41,096 nt of DNA, from positions 1-41,096 of the forward strand of contig JANPJS010000128.1 in assembly GCA_031425655.1 (NCBI GenBank), read 5' to 3'. The position numbers and the translations under genes are program-made. The notes under the pieces are model-generated. The model saw only the letters and a list, made by a program, of their open reading frames with translations. It made no database searches and was not told the DNA's origin. Positions 18,333 to 27,318 of the stretch are shown here, piece after piece. Source of the DNA: Abditibacteriaceae bacterium (GTDB taxonomy: Bacteria > Armatimonadota > Abditibacteriia > Abditibacteriales > Abditibacteriaceae). How positions within the stretch are numbered: position 1 is the stretch's first letter; every line of letters begins with the position of its first letter.

Positions 18333-20220
18333 AACGAGTGACCATCAGCACATTGGCGACGCGGCGCTCGGAGCCGTCGGACGGGCGATTGACGACGCGG
18401 CTTTTCACCACCATCGCGGTCGAACCGCCGCCGTCCAAGTTGATGGCGTCTACGGCGCCGAGACTTTGCATGGTGTAAGCCAACTCGGACAGCGTCAGGC
18501 CGGTGGAATAATAGTTCTGACGACCATCCACCACGAGAATGATGTAACGCCCGTCGCGGTCAACGCCGATGGCGGTGCGAGGGCCGCGCGCGAAAACATC
18601 GGCGCGGAAGTTTTCTCGCGTTACGTTAACTTGTCCGTCGCTGACCAAACGCGGCCCGCCGCCCAACGCCGTCGTGACGCCTTCCCAGCCGGGCGCTTTG
18701 ATGGAGAGTTTGGCGCGCTGTCCGCGCGCCACTTTTTCGAGATAAGGCCGCGCGCCGCCGCTGGCGACGAGCGTGAAACTGGATGGATAACCAGCGTAAA
18801 TCGGTGCATAACCGCCGCCCGGCTTGGCGACGATCACGCCATGTTTGACCACGAGGGCCATTTCTCCCGGCGAAAGTTTGTAAGAGGGGCCAAAGCGCGT
18901 GGTCAGCGCGGTGATGCGGCTCGAATCGGGCCAGCCGTTGAGTTCGCGCACTGGCAAGCGAAATTCCGGGCCGCCCTTGCCAGAAAACGCGACGTGCGAA
19001 ACCGTTTGCAAATTGCCCACGACCGTCGAACCGTCGGGCCGGAAGCCGATGGCGGTGCGCGCATTCCAGGGCAGGCGAATCCATTCGCCATTGACCAGAA
19101 CAGCGCCGACCGCCGCGCCATCGTAGGCGAAAAAGCCACCGTTGACCGTCAAAAGCGCGCGATGGCGGCTGGCCAAAATTGAAGGCTGCGCGCGTTGCAA
19201 GACCGAATAGCCTGCGGGCGCCACGCGCACGCGCCAGCCGTCGTTGGGGTCAACGCGCGCCAAAAACATCTGGACGGGGCCGTGTCCCGTGCCTTTGCGA
19301 ATCCTCGTCAGCGCCATGCCGCCGCTGAGCGGCGCGCTGTTTTGCTCCTCGAAAAGTCGCTGCACCTCGAAGACCACGCGCGCCGGATTGCCCAGCGTAT
19401 ACCATTGCACCGGCGCTGCGTAGTTGATGCGCAGCGCGAATTTCGCCTGCCAGTTGCCGCTGCTCAGCGTGGTGCGCGGCACCAGATAATCCTTGATTTC
19501 CTGCACCGACGGGACATTCGCGCGCCGCGCCGCCGCCAAATTCATATTCACGTCGAGGCCGTTTTGTGCCGCGACCACGCGCGTGCTGTTGCTCAACGTG
19601 ACCGTCGTGATGGCTTTGTCCTGCGTCAGCGAGGTCGAGACCTTTTCGATATACGCTGCGGGATAAGTGAAAAGAAACGTCGTCGTCCACGGTTTGGGTG
19701 ATTTGGCCGTCGAACTTTTGACGATTTTCCATTTGACGCCGAACAAATCGGCGAAGGGTTGCAGCGGCACATAAAGCGTGTCGCCGATGACGCGCGGCGC
19801 CGGAGTCAGCGTGACCGGATTGTCGTCGAAAGTCGCCTGCGACTGGCCGGGATAAAAATCGGCGCTGTGCTCGAAATAGGCTACGCGCCACGCGCCGCCT
19901 TCGACCGGCCCGGCGGAAACGCCCAATCCGTTGATGAGCAGGGAAATCGGCACCAACACTTGCCCGCCGCTGGATTGCGCCAAAGGATTGGCAACCGCGT
20001 AAGCCTGCGCTTGCGGCACCAGCGTTGAAGCGGCAACCGCCACGGGCGCCGGTGTCATGTCGAGAGGGCGCGGCAGCGCCATCGAGCCGTCGGGATTAAT
20101 AATATCGGGCGCAGCGGCCAAAAGCGGCCCGGCCTTCACGGCTGCTGTGTTCATCAGCAAGCCGCACGTCAGAGAAATCGCACATCGTGTGCGTGAAAAG
20201 AAAAAACTTCGTCGTGTCAT
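18331..20220 (-). CDS. Secreted phosphodiester glycosidase (NAGPA/DUF2233) family protein with copper-amine-oxidase-N/AMIN-like region
   Basis: VNGGFF, RTAIG, GGGPRLV, PRTAIG, VDGRQ, AINLDGGGST, NRPSDG.ER.V.N. Start set at ATG 20220 after GGTGAG; LYVPL..FA...G stalk-like motif. Confidence 0.88.
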   Translation of the reverse strand: MTRRSFFFSRTRCAISLTCGLLMNTAAVKAGPLLAAAPDIINPDGSMALPRPLDMTPAPVAVAASTLVPQAQAYAVANPLAQSSGGQVLVPISLLINGLGVSAGPVEGGAWRVAYFEHSADFYPGQSQATFDDNPVTLTPAPRVIGDTLYVPLQPFADLFGVKWKIVKSSTAKSPKPWTTTFLFTYPAAYIEKVSTSLTQDKAITTVTLSNSTRVVAAQNGLDVNMNLAAARRANVPSVQEIKDYLVPRTTLSSGNWQAKFALRINYAAPVQWYTLGNPARVVFEVQRLFEEQNSAPLSGGMALTRIRKGTGHGPVQMFLARVDPNDGWRVRVAPAGYSVLQRAQPSILASRHRALLTVNGGFFAYDGAAVGAVLVNGEWIRLPWNARTAIGFRPDGSTVVGNLQTVSHVAFSGKGGPEFRLPVRELNGWPDSSRITALTTRFGPSYKLSPGEMALVVKHGVIVAKPGGGYAPIYAGYPSSFTLVASGGARPYLEKVARGQRAKLSIKAPGWEGVTTALGGGPRLVSDGQVNVTRENFRADVFARGPRTAIGVDRDGRYIILVVDGRQNYYSTGLTLSELAYTMQSLGAVDAINLDGGGSTAMVVKSRVVNRPSDGSERRVANVLMVTR

Positions 20221-20266
20221 TGCGCTCACCGCCAAAGACTCCTCCACGGGAAATCTTTAAATAGTC

Positions 20267-20650
20267 TCAAAAGTCAAGATTCCAACCTCGGTGAGGAGAA
20301 TGTCTCACGGTTACGTCGGAAACACGTCCTCGGATTGAAACTATGCCAACTGTGTAATCGGTATCGAAAGGCGGACGTTTGTAGCAATATAGAATGTCTT
20401 GTTTTTCTCCGTCGCCCAATGCATCAAATTTCCCCCGTGGGGGAAAGGTGCATTTGAATCCTTGATTCGTCATAACGGCACGAGCGTTTTCGATGGCCAT
20501 CCCCTGTGGGACGTATCGCAGCACTTCACGCCTCATTTCTGAAGGATTTTCGAACATCGAGAGGCTTTTTGATTGAGCGAGAAATCTCGCGCCGATCAAT
20601 GCGATAGGCAAAGCTAAAAGCACCGCTACCTTTGAAAATCTACCCCTCAT
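20267..20650 (-). CDS. Small hypothetical membrane-anchored/secreted protein (127 aa), lower GC
   Basis: ATG 20650 after GGTGAG; N-terminal hydrophobic segment; P.G..I..A...M...GFKC....LYC pattern; bounded by a 20-bp direct repeat. Confidence 0.65.
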   Translation of the reverse strand: MRGRFSKVAVLLALPIALIGARFLAQSKSLSMFENPSEMRREVLRYVPQGMAIENARAVMTNQGFKCTFPPRGKFDALGDGEKQDILYCYKRPPFDTDYTVGIVSIRGRVSDVTVRHSPHRGWNLDF

Positions 20651-20765
20651 TGCACTCACCGCCAAAAACCTACGCCGTCCGTCTTGGCCGCTTCATCTTA
20701 CCAGACCTCGTCGCAAACGACCCTTTTGTTTACCCGATGACCGGTAATCGTCAAGCCTACCGCGC

Positions 20766-21965
20766 TTACTGACCGAAATTTAAGATGGCCAGTTCTAAAA
20801 GTTGCTCGGCGACTTCCTTCGAGTTCCCGCCGCCGTCGCCTTCGATGCCTTTCATGCCTAAATCGGCGAGAAAAGCGGCTTGCAGCGCGGCTTCGATTTG
20901 CTCCGAGGTGAAGTTGCGCGCCTGGTCTGCAAGTCGCCGGCCTCGCCAGGCCTGCGCTTGCAAAGCGAGGGCTAAATTGTCTTTGCCGTCTGTCGGGAGT
21001 TGCGCCGCGAGGTCGGGCGGCAGGCGGTGCGACAACGAAGCGTCGAGTTGCAAACGGGCATCGAGAAAGGCGCGGGCTTGCAGGAGTTGTCGCAGATGAG
21101 TCACTAATGTTGCCAGTATACGTTCGGGCGCATCGCCGCCCGCGACAAGCTCGCGCAGCAGCCCCAAAGCGTGCGATGTGCGCTTGGCGCCCAGCGCGTC
21201 AGTGAGGTCGAAAATGGTGTCTTGCGGCGCGCGTTTGACCATTTCGTCAATGATTTGCGGCGTCACCATTTCGCCTATTCCGGCGCGCAGCGCGCATTTT
21301 TCCAGTTCTGTAATGAGGTTTTGAATGTCCAGTCCGGCGCGCGTTACCAGATGTTCGGCAGTTGGCGGCGCGAGTGGGATTTTGCGCGCGGCGGCCTCGT
21401 TTTGCAGCACGCGAATGGCGAAACCGGCGTTCTTCACGGGAACGGTGCAATCCACAATCAGGCCGGCTTTTTCGATGCTTTTGTCTACGTTGGCGTTGAT
21501 GCAGCGCGGCGTATTGGCGCGCGAGCCGGGTTCGGGCGTTTCCGGCGTGCGCGCCAAAATCAAAACCGTGCTCGCGGGCAGTTTTTCCAATGCCTCGGCA
21601 AGCCGTTTGGCCGGCGAAAGCGTGGCTTTGGGCGCGCCTTTTCCGGCTTTTTTGGCCGGTTTTTCTTCGCCGTCGTCACCGGCGCGCGAAATGCCTTCCA
21701 AACGCTCGGCGCGCTGCACCAAAACCACGCGCACATCGGCCAAAAACGGCAAGTTCCCGCAGCGCGACAAAACCTCGGTGATGCTTGAAGTTTCGCCATC
21801 CAACGTATCAAGGTTAAAATCGCGCGCCTCGGCAGGCAGCGTCCACGCCAATAGCGCATCCAATACGCGCTTTTGCAGAAAACCATCGCCTAAAATGCCA
21901 TAAACGCGCAGTGGTTTGCCGCCGGGCAGGGCTTTGGCTTGCTTTAAGTCGGTGTAAGAAATCAT
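20766..21965 (-). CDS. holA: DNA polymerase III delta subunit
   Basis: Y...G..FL, FN...LDG, LPFL...RVVLV, ELEK..L, IFDL.DAL, DL.MKG pattern; 399 aa with low-complexity inserts. Confidence 0.9.
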   Translation of the reverse strand: MISYTDLKQAKALPGGKPLRVYGILGDGFLQKRVLDALLAWTLPAEARDFNLDTLDGETSSITEVLSRCGNLPFLADVRVVLVQRAERLEGISRAGDDGEEKPAKKAGKGAPKATLSPAKRLAEALEKLPASTVLILARTPETPEPGSRANTPRCINANVDKSIEKAGLIVDCTVPVKNAGFAIRVLQNEAAARKIPLAPPTAEHLVTRAGLDIQNLITELEKCALRAGIGEMVTPQIIDEMVKRAPQDTIFDLTDALGAKRTSHALGLLRELVAGGDAPERILATLVTHLRQLLQARAFLDARLQLDASLSHRLPPDLAAQLPTDGKDNLALALQAQAWRGRRLADQARNFTSEQIEAALQAAFLADLGMKGIEGDGGGNSKEVAEQLLELAILNFGQ

Positions 21966-21967
21966 TT

Positions 21968-22062
21968 CAGGAAGCAGACGGCGGTAAGCAGGAGGCAGGA
22001 AATGCTGGCGCGAATTTCAGTCGCTTGCGAGTTTACATTCTGCCGTCTGCCGTCTGCCTACT
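21968..22062. repeat. Heptamer inverted array (GGCAGAC/CTGCCGT type)
   Basis: caggaagcagacggcggtaagcaggaggcag ... tctgccgtctgccgtctgcctact; further units at 22264-22332. Confidence 0.75.
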
Positions 22063-22072
22063 GGAGCGCCAA

Positions 22073-22264
22073 GGCAATCGCATGAGAACTGCCCGGCGAA
22101 TAAATTAGCGGCAACAACGCGGCAAAGTCGCCCTGCGGCGACTAAAAACTCAGAAAATAGTCCGCGCAGGCGGACTTCGGGTGCCCTTTGGGCAGGAAGT
22201 GGTTGCCGCGAATTTATTCGCCGGGCACTCAGGCAAGCCTCCGAAAAATCCTAATGCGATTGCC
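22073..22264. repeat. Composite REP-like (REPIN/BIME-like) inverted element
   Basis: Outer IR ggcaatcgcat (22073-22083)/atgcgattgcc (22254-22264); 26-bp IR with 1 mismatch at 22090-22115/22202-22227; inner hairpins agtcgcc-ctgc-ggcgact (22126-22143) and agtccgc-gcag-gcggact (22159-22176). Confidence 0.85.
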
Positions 22265-22328
22265 CTGCCGGCCTCCTGCCGTCTGCTTCCGGCCTCCCGC
22301 CGTCTGCTTCCGGCCTCCCGCCGTCCGC

Positions 22329-24545
22329 CTACTGGAGCGCACGCTTCAAACGTTCGAGACTTTCTTTGAGCTGTGCTTCGCTGGCGTCGAGAGGGGCGGA
22401 AGAATAGCGGGCGGCGGCGTGCAAATAAGTGAGCGCGGCGAATTCCTGTTTGGCGGCGGGCGGCAAATCGGCGCGGCTGATGGCGTCGTCAAATTCGCGC
22501 GGCGTGAGTGCGGCGTAATCGTAGCGTTTGTGCGCCTTCAAATGGCGGCGCAGCAGTCGCGTGGCTTGGGCATAAGTGCGACTCACGCGGGCGCGTTGTT
22601 GCGCGGTGGCATCGCCGGCTAAGGTCGTGCGGCCTAATATCTTTTCCAATTGCGGCCAGAAAAGTCCTGCGCTCAAAAGCAACACGCCCAAAAGCGGCAG
22701 CAAAACCGTCGTGCCGCCGATGTTGCGTAAAAGCGCCGACAGCCATTGCGTAGTGTTATTGAACCAGGTGTCGTCGGCCACGCGCGTGCCCGCCGATGGG
22801 TCGTGCGTGATCCAGCCCAGTTGCGGCACCCAATATTCGACCCAGGCGTGCGCGTCTTTTTCACGCAGAACGATGTCGGTCGCGGCGCCGGAGGGTGCTT
22901 CGGTTTCTAAATAGCCGGTCGCCAGACGCGCAGGCACATTCATCGCGCGCAGCAAAAGCGTCATGCTGGACGCGAACATATCGCAGGCGCCTTCGCGCGA
23001 AGTCGTCAGAAAATAGGCCACGCCGTCGGCAGTTGACGGCGCCAACGGTGCGCGCAGCGAATACATACAATGCTCGTGCAAATAAGCGCTGATGGCTAAG
23101 GCTTTTTGCATCGGCGTGTCTATTTTGCGATTCTGCGCGCGGGCCGCAGCCTGAATTTCCTGCGCGATGCGTTCAATCGGAACGCTCACCAGAGTGTCGG
23201 ATGGCAATTCGAGCGTGGCTCGTGTGGCCGAAGCATCGCGCCAGTTTTGCAATTCGCTTTCGGTCATGGCGCGGGCGCGCAAAGCTTCGGCTTTGGGCGT
23301 CACGTATTCCGATGTAGTTGTGTAAATGCGCGAGCCGCCGCGACTGAACAGCCATTGCACACTGACGGCGCTGGTGCGCGTATTGATGTCAACGGACGGA
23401 AAATCCGCATTGATCGCGGTAATGCGGCCCGCGCCGAAAAGCGGAACCGTGCTGCCCCCTTCTAAAGGCTCTATGGTGGCGCGCACCCGTTGTGTCTGCC
23501 CGTAGGACGAGGCGACTTTCGGCAGATTTTCAAAAAGCGTGAGCGCAGTTTCGCTTTCGTTTATGAGCTTCTGACTATCGAAGCCTTGCTGGTCGGTCTG
23601 ATTGGAACGCCGGGGCGAGCCATGCGAATCGTCCTGCCATGAAGAAGCCACATAGTTTTGATAAACGCGACCGCGCCACAATCCTGAAGAGCGCCCGGAA
23701 AGCAGCGTCACTCTCATAATTTCGCGTTCGGACAGCACATGATTTCCGCCGCGCACTTCGACCTGACTGGGCGAATTGCGCCAGTCGGTTTGGGCCTGCG
23801 AGCGATTGAGACGGCCCAGCGGCGTCGGCAACACGCCGGGCAAAATCGCATAAAGAGGCTGATAAAGCAGCGCCGCGCTCGCCACAAATAAGGCGAACCA
23901 CAGCGCGCTGGCCGCTAAAAACGCCCGCGCCACGTTTTTCATCGGCTCGTGAGCCAGATTTTGGCCCGCGGCGGCGCGTTTTTGCCAGTGCGACAGCAAA
24001 CGCTCGTAACCGATGAGAAAAAGCGCGGCGGCCACGAAAATCAAAAAACCGACTTGAACGATGGTGTCCACGATGACCAGATTGAGCAGGCCGAAAAGCG
24101 ATAATCCGGCGACAAGCGGCATGGCAATGGGCACAGGCCGCCCCTCGACGGGCAAGCCGATCAGAACGATGCAGAGAACCATCGCCAATCCCATGTAGCC
24201 GGCGACAATGGTATTGGAGTCGGACACGAAATCGCGTGCGAAAAATAAATCGGGGTTCGTGACCGCCGCGATAATTAGTAGCACCGGCACCGTCACAAAA
24301 CGCACGCATTGAGCGAGAAGACGCGTGTTTTCGCCGCCGAAATTGGCAGCGAAAGTCGAAAGCAAAGCCAGCACCAGCGCCAACCCAAAGCAAACGCTAA
24401 AAGCCGTGGTGTCAACTTGATACGCCAGCACGTAGCCCGCCATGCCAGTCGCCGCGAAGAGCGCCCCAAAAGCAGGGCGCGCTAAGGCCGCGCTGAGTGG
24501 TGCGAGTCGTGCCGCGCTTGATGAAACCGAAGAATTTGCAGCCAT
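22329..24545 (-). CDS. Membrane transglutaminase-like protein (DUF3488/TgpA-like, DUF4129-like C-terminus)
   Basis: N-terminal TM bundle, LWRGRVY..Y....W, triad GACDMFAS / DAHAWVEY / HDPS. Start moved to 24545 because the upstream extension is repeat DNA. Confidence 0.88.
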   Translation of the reverse strand: MAANSSVSSSAARLAPLSAALARPAFGALFAATGMAGYVLAYQVDTTAFSVCFGLALVLALLSTFAANFGGENTRLLAQCVRFVTVPVLLIIAAVTNPDLFFARDFVSDSNTIVAGYMGLAMVLCIVLIGLPVEGRPVPIAMPLVAGLSLFGLLNLVIVDTIVQVGFLIFVAAALFLIGYERLLSHWQKRAAAGQNLAHEPMKNVARAFLAASALWFALFVASAALLYQPLYAILPGVLPTPLGRLNRSQAQTDWRNSPSQVEVRGGNHVLSEREIMRVTLLSGRSSGLWRGRVYQNYVASSWQDDSHGSPRRSNQTDQQGFDSQKLINESETALTLFENLPKVASSYGQTQRVRATIEPLEGGSTVPLFGAGRITAINADFPSVDINTRTSAVSVQWLFSRGGSRIYTTTSEYVTPKAEALRARAMTESELQNWRDASATRATLELPSDTLVSVPIERIAQEIQAAARAQNRKIDTPMQKALAISAYLHEHCMYSLRAPLAPSTADGVAYFLTTSREGACDMFASSMTLLLRAMNVPARLATGYLETEAPSGAATDIVLREKDAHAWVEYWVPQLGWITHDPSAGTRVADDTWFNNTTQWLSALLRNIGGTTVLLPLLGVLLLSAGLFWPQLEKILGRTTLAGDATAQQRARVSRTYAQATRLLRRHLKAHKRYDYAALTPREFDDAISRADLPPAAKQEFAALTYLHAAARYSSAPLDASEAQLKESLERLKRALQ

Positions 24546-24597
24546 AAAATACGCTTTCGCCAGACTGCGCCCGTGCGCGCTGCGTTCCAGCAGCGTA

Positions 24598-24688
24598 GTT
24601 CCTCCCCTTTGGGGGAGGTTAGGTGGGGGCAGACGGCGGCTTTGCCGCCGTCTGCCCTCCCTCAATCCCTCCCGGAGGGAGGGAAGCT
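24598..24688. repeat. Composite REP-like palindrome
   Basis: cctcccc-cttt-ggggagg hairpin (24601-24619), central gggcagacggcggc-ttt-gccgccgtctgccc (24628-24658), then an inverted half ccctccctcaatccctcccggagggaggga. Confidence 0.75.
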
Positions 24689-24738
24689 ACGTTTCGTCAA
24701 TCCTTAATGCTATTGAGCGAGGGCTGAAGAACTATGTC

Positions 24739-26127
24739 CTACGTCATCTGTTCCAGCGCAGCGGCGATAGAATCGCCGCTACGAAACACGCGCGATAAAG
24801 GATCAATTCCACTCAGGCCGGGGCCGCGCACTTCGGCCTTTTTCGAGTGCGTTTTCTGCGCGAAAGTCGTGGCGTCTAAAGCTAAGGTGTAGCATTGACC
24901 ACCCAATGCGGCCCGCGCTGACAGCAGACGACGCGCGGCGGCGATGTCGGCCATCGTCGAGGACACGATGAGGCTTGCGCGGCCTGCCGGCAAGTGTTGC
25001 GGCGCACGATGCGCCAGTTCGAGCAGCGTTGCGTCGGCATGATCTGTCGGTATTACGCCGGCCAGCAAACGCAGCATTTTGGAAAGGTCGCCGCTGCTTT
25101 GCGCGTTGATATGAACCATTTCGCAGCCATCCTCGTGCGGCTGCCAGTAGAAAATTTGACACGCATAACCGCCTTCCAAAAGGTGCTGAGCCACCGTCGC
25201 CGCGATGGTAATCGTGGTTTCCAGCGTGTTCTCGCCGTTTTCGCCGGCCAACGTCGCGGCTTGTGTATCCAGCAAAAGCGCCAGATCGCGCGCCACGTTT
25301 TCTTCCCACTCCACGATTTGCAGTTGGCCGGTGCGCGCCGTGCTTTTCCAGTGAATGCGGCGAATCGCTTCGCCCGGCTGCCAGGGGCGCACGCCGTGAA
25401 AATCCATGGCATCGGCCACCATGCTCGAATGCTGCGGCGCCTGCATTCGCGCCGCGTTGCCGCCCACGAAGCCCAGACGCGCAAGGCGCACGGTGCGCGG
25501 CAGAATCACCAATTCCTGCGCTTCGGATTGCGCCCCAAGCTCGTTGGCAAAGCCCAGAGGATCAATCGAGCCGGCCCGCGCCGGCGGCAATTGATAAACG
25601 CCGCGCCGCCTCAAATACCAGGTTTGCGGCACTTCGAGGCGCTCGAAGGCGCCCAAAAGTGGGATTTCCTGCACGCCGTCGGCCTCGGCGCGCACCGACC
25701 AATCGTCGCCCTTGGCTTTGCCATAAAAAGCTTTGCTGATTTGCCCGGCGCGCACTCGCGTGATGAAAGCCGGCCAGCGTGAATGGTTTTCGACCGTAAG
25801 CGTGCCGTGCAGAATTTCGCCGGCCACGCCCACGGCGGGCAAAGTGCGTTCGATGCGTAAACGCCGGCTCGACAATCGGCCCAAAATGATGGCTGCGGGC
25901 GGCGCGGCGCACAGAATCGCGGCCATGAACACGATGGGCGGCGTGCGAAAAATCGCCGAGACCAGCAGGCTGAACATCATCGAAACCAGCAGCGTGAGCC
26001 GAACTTTGTTGAGAGGAGCCGCTTGAGGCACGAAAAGCAAATCTTCGCCTGCCGAAGTCATCGGCAAAGGCGATTCCGGCCCCGAAAATTCATCGGGCGC
26101 CGCAAGATTTTCGTTTTCACTTTTCAT
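24739..26127 (-). CDS. DUF58 domain protein
   Basis: RRGVY, DPLGF, DFHGVRPWQPGE..RRIHWKSTAR.G.L...EWE, LLLD; lies between MoxR and the transglutaminase. Confidence 0.92.
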   Translation of the reverse strand: MKSENENLAAPDEFSGPESPLPMTSAGEDLLFVPQAAPLNKVRLTLLVSMMFSLLVSAIFRTPPIVFMAAILCAAPPAAIILGRLSSRRLRIERTLPAVGVAGEILHGTLTVENHSRWPAFITRVRAGQISKAFYGKAKGDDWSVRAEADGVQEIPLLGAFERLEVPQTWYLRRRGVYQLPPARAGSIDPLGFANELGAQSEAQELVILPRTVRLARLGFVGGNAARMQAPQHSSMVADAMDFHGVRPWQPGEAIRRIHWKSTARTGQLQIVEWEENVARDLALLLDTQAATLAGENGENTLETTITIAATVAQHLLEGGYACQIFYWQPHEDGCEMVHINAQSSGDLSKMLRLLAGVIPTDHADATLLELAHRAPQHLPAGRASLIVSSTMADIAAARRLLSARAALGGQCYTLALDATTFAQKTHSKKAEVRGPGLSGIDPLSRVFRSGDSIAAALEQMT

Positions 26128-26145
26128 CCTTTGATGTTCAGCCCA

Positions 26146-26180
26146 AAAATTCTCAATTCTGCATTCTCAATTCGTAATTC
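26146..26180. repeat. Heptamer tandem array (ATTCTCA type)
   Basis: aaaattctcaattctgcattctcaattcgtaattc. Confidence 0.65.
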
Positions 26181-26184
26181 CGCT

Positions 26185-27231
26185 TCACGGCACCGGCAAT
26201 TCGTCCAACAAAGCGCGCACCAGGGTTTCGGCGTTGTTGTGGCCCGTGGAAAGCCCATCGCCGCGCAAAATCAGGCGATGCGACAAAACCGAAGGCGCCA
26301 ACTGCTTTACGTCGTCGGGCGTGACGAATTCGCGGCCTTGCATCAGCGCGGCGGCTTGCGCGGCGCGCTGCAACAGCAAACTGCCGCGCGGACTGGCGCC
26401 CAGCGCGATTTGCGGATGCCGCCGCGTGGCGTGCGTGATGGCGATGATGTATTCCCGCGTGGCCGGCGCCACGAAAACGCGCGCTCGCGCGTTTTGCAAA
26501 GCGAATGCTTCTTCGATGGTCAGCACTTTTTCGACGCGCTCCAACAGCGCGACTTGCGGATTATCATCGGCATGAATGGCGTTGTTGTCGCCGTGTTCGA
26601 CTCCGGCGCGATGCGCGTGCGCGTGCTGGCCCTGATCGGCATCGGCGTGGCGCGAAAGCATTTCCACTTCTTCTTCGGCGTTGGGATAACCCATGCCGAC
26701 ACGCAACAAAAAACGATCCATTTGCGCTTCGGGCAAGGGAAAAGTGCCGCGGTATTCGATAGGATTTTGGGTGGCGAGCACGAAAAACGGCTGCGGCAGC
26801 GAGCGCGTCGTGCCTTCGACCGTAACCTGCGCTTCTTCCATCGCTTCGAGCAGGGCGCTTTGCGTTTTGGGCGTGGCGCGGTTGATTTCGTCGGCTAAAA
26901 CGATGTTGGCGAAAATCGGCCCCGGCACGAAGGTAAATTCAGAGGCCTTCTGATTGTAAATCGTGAGGCCCGTCACGTCGCCGGGCAGCAAATCGGGCGT
27001 GAATTGGATGCGCTTAAAAGTGCCGCCTATCGCCCTCGCCAAAGCTTTAGCCAGCGTGGTTTTGCCGACGCCGGGAATGTCTTCGAGCAGGGCATGACCG
27101 CGCGCCAGCAGCGCGATCATCACGGTTTCAATAGCGGCGTGTTTGCCGACTAAAACGCGTTCGACTTGCGTCACGACGCGGCGCGCGGCGGCTTTTGCGG
27201 CAATGGCTTCGTCTGCGGAGAGTTGATTCAT
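26185..27231 (-). CDS. moxR: MoxR-family AAA+ ATPase
   Basis: LLEDIPGVGKT, RIQFTPDLLPGD, LADEINRATPKTQSALLEAMEE, ATQNPIE..GTFPLPEAQMDRF, GASPR. Confidence 0.95.
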   Translation of the reverse strand: MNQLSADEAIAAKAAARRVVTQVERVLVGKHAAIETVMIALLARGHALLEDIPGVGKTTLAKALARAIGGTFKRIQFTPDLLPGDVTGLTIYNQKASEFTFVPGPIFANIVLADEINRATPKTQSALLEAMEEAQVTVEGTTRSLPQPFFVLATQNPIEYRGTFPLPEAQMDRFLLRVGMGYPNAEEEVEMLSRHADADQGQHAHAHRAGVEHGDNNAIHADDNPQVALLERVEKVLTIEEAFALQNARARVFVAPATREYIIAITHATRRHPQIALGASPRGSLLLQRAAQAAALMQGREFVTPDDVKQLAPSVLSHRLILRGDGLSTGHNNAETLVRALLDELPVP

Positions 27232-27232
27232 A

Positions 27233-27318
27233 GAGTTTTGAATTGAGAATTTTGAATTTTGAATTTGAGTTGCGATTCACACGCCAATTCAAAATTCATA
27301 ATTCAAAATTCTCAATTC
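27233..27318. repeat. Heptamer inverted array (TTTTGAA/TTCAAAA type)
   Basis: gagttttgaattgagaattttgaattttgaatt ... aattcaaaattcataattcaaaattctcaattc. Confidence 0.85.

Noticed and set aside
24546..24665. N-terminal extension of the transglutaminase ORF (also track starts 15255, 30041, 33147, 35320, 37217, 38922, 39838)
   Set aside because: The extensions run through repeat DNA or overlap the upstream gene; downstream starts have an RBS, ATGA coupling or a family-typical N-terminus.
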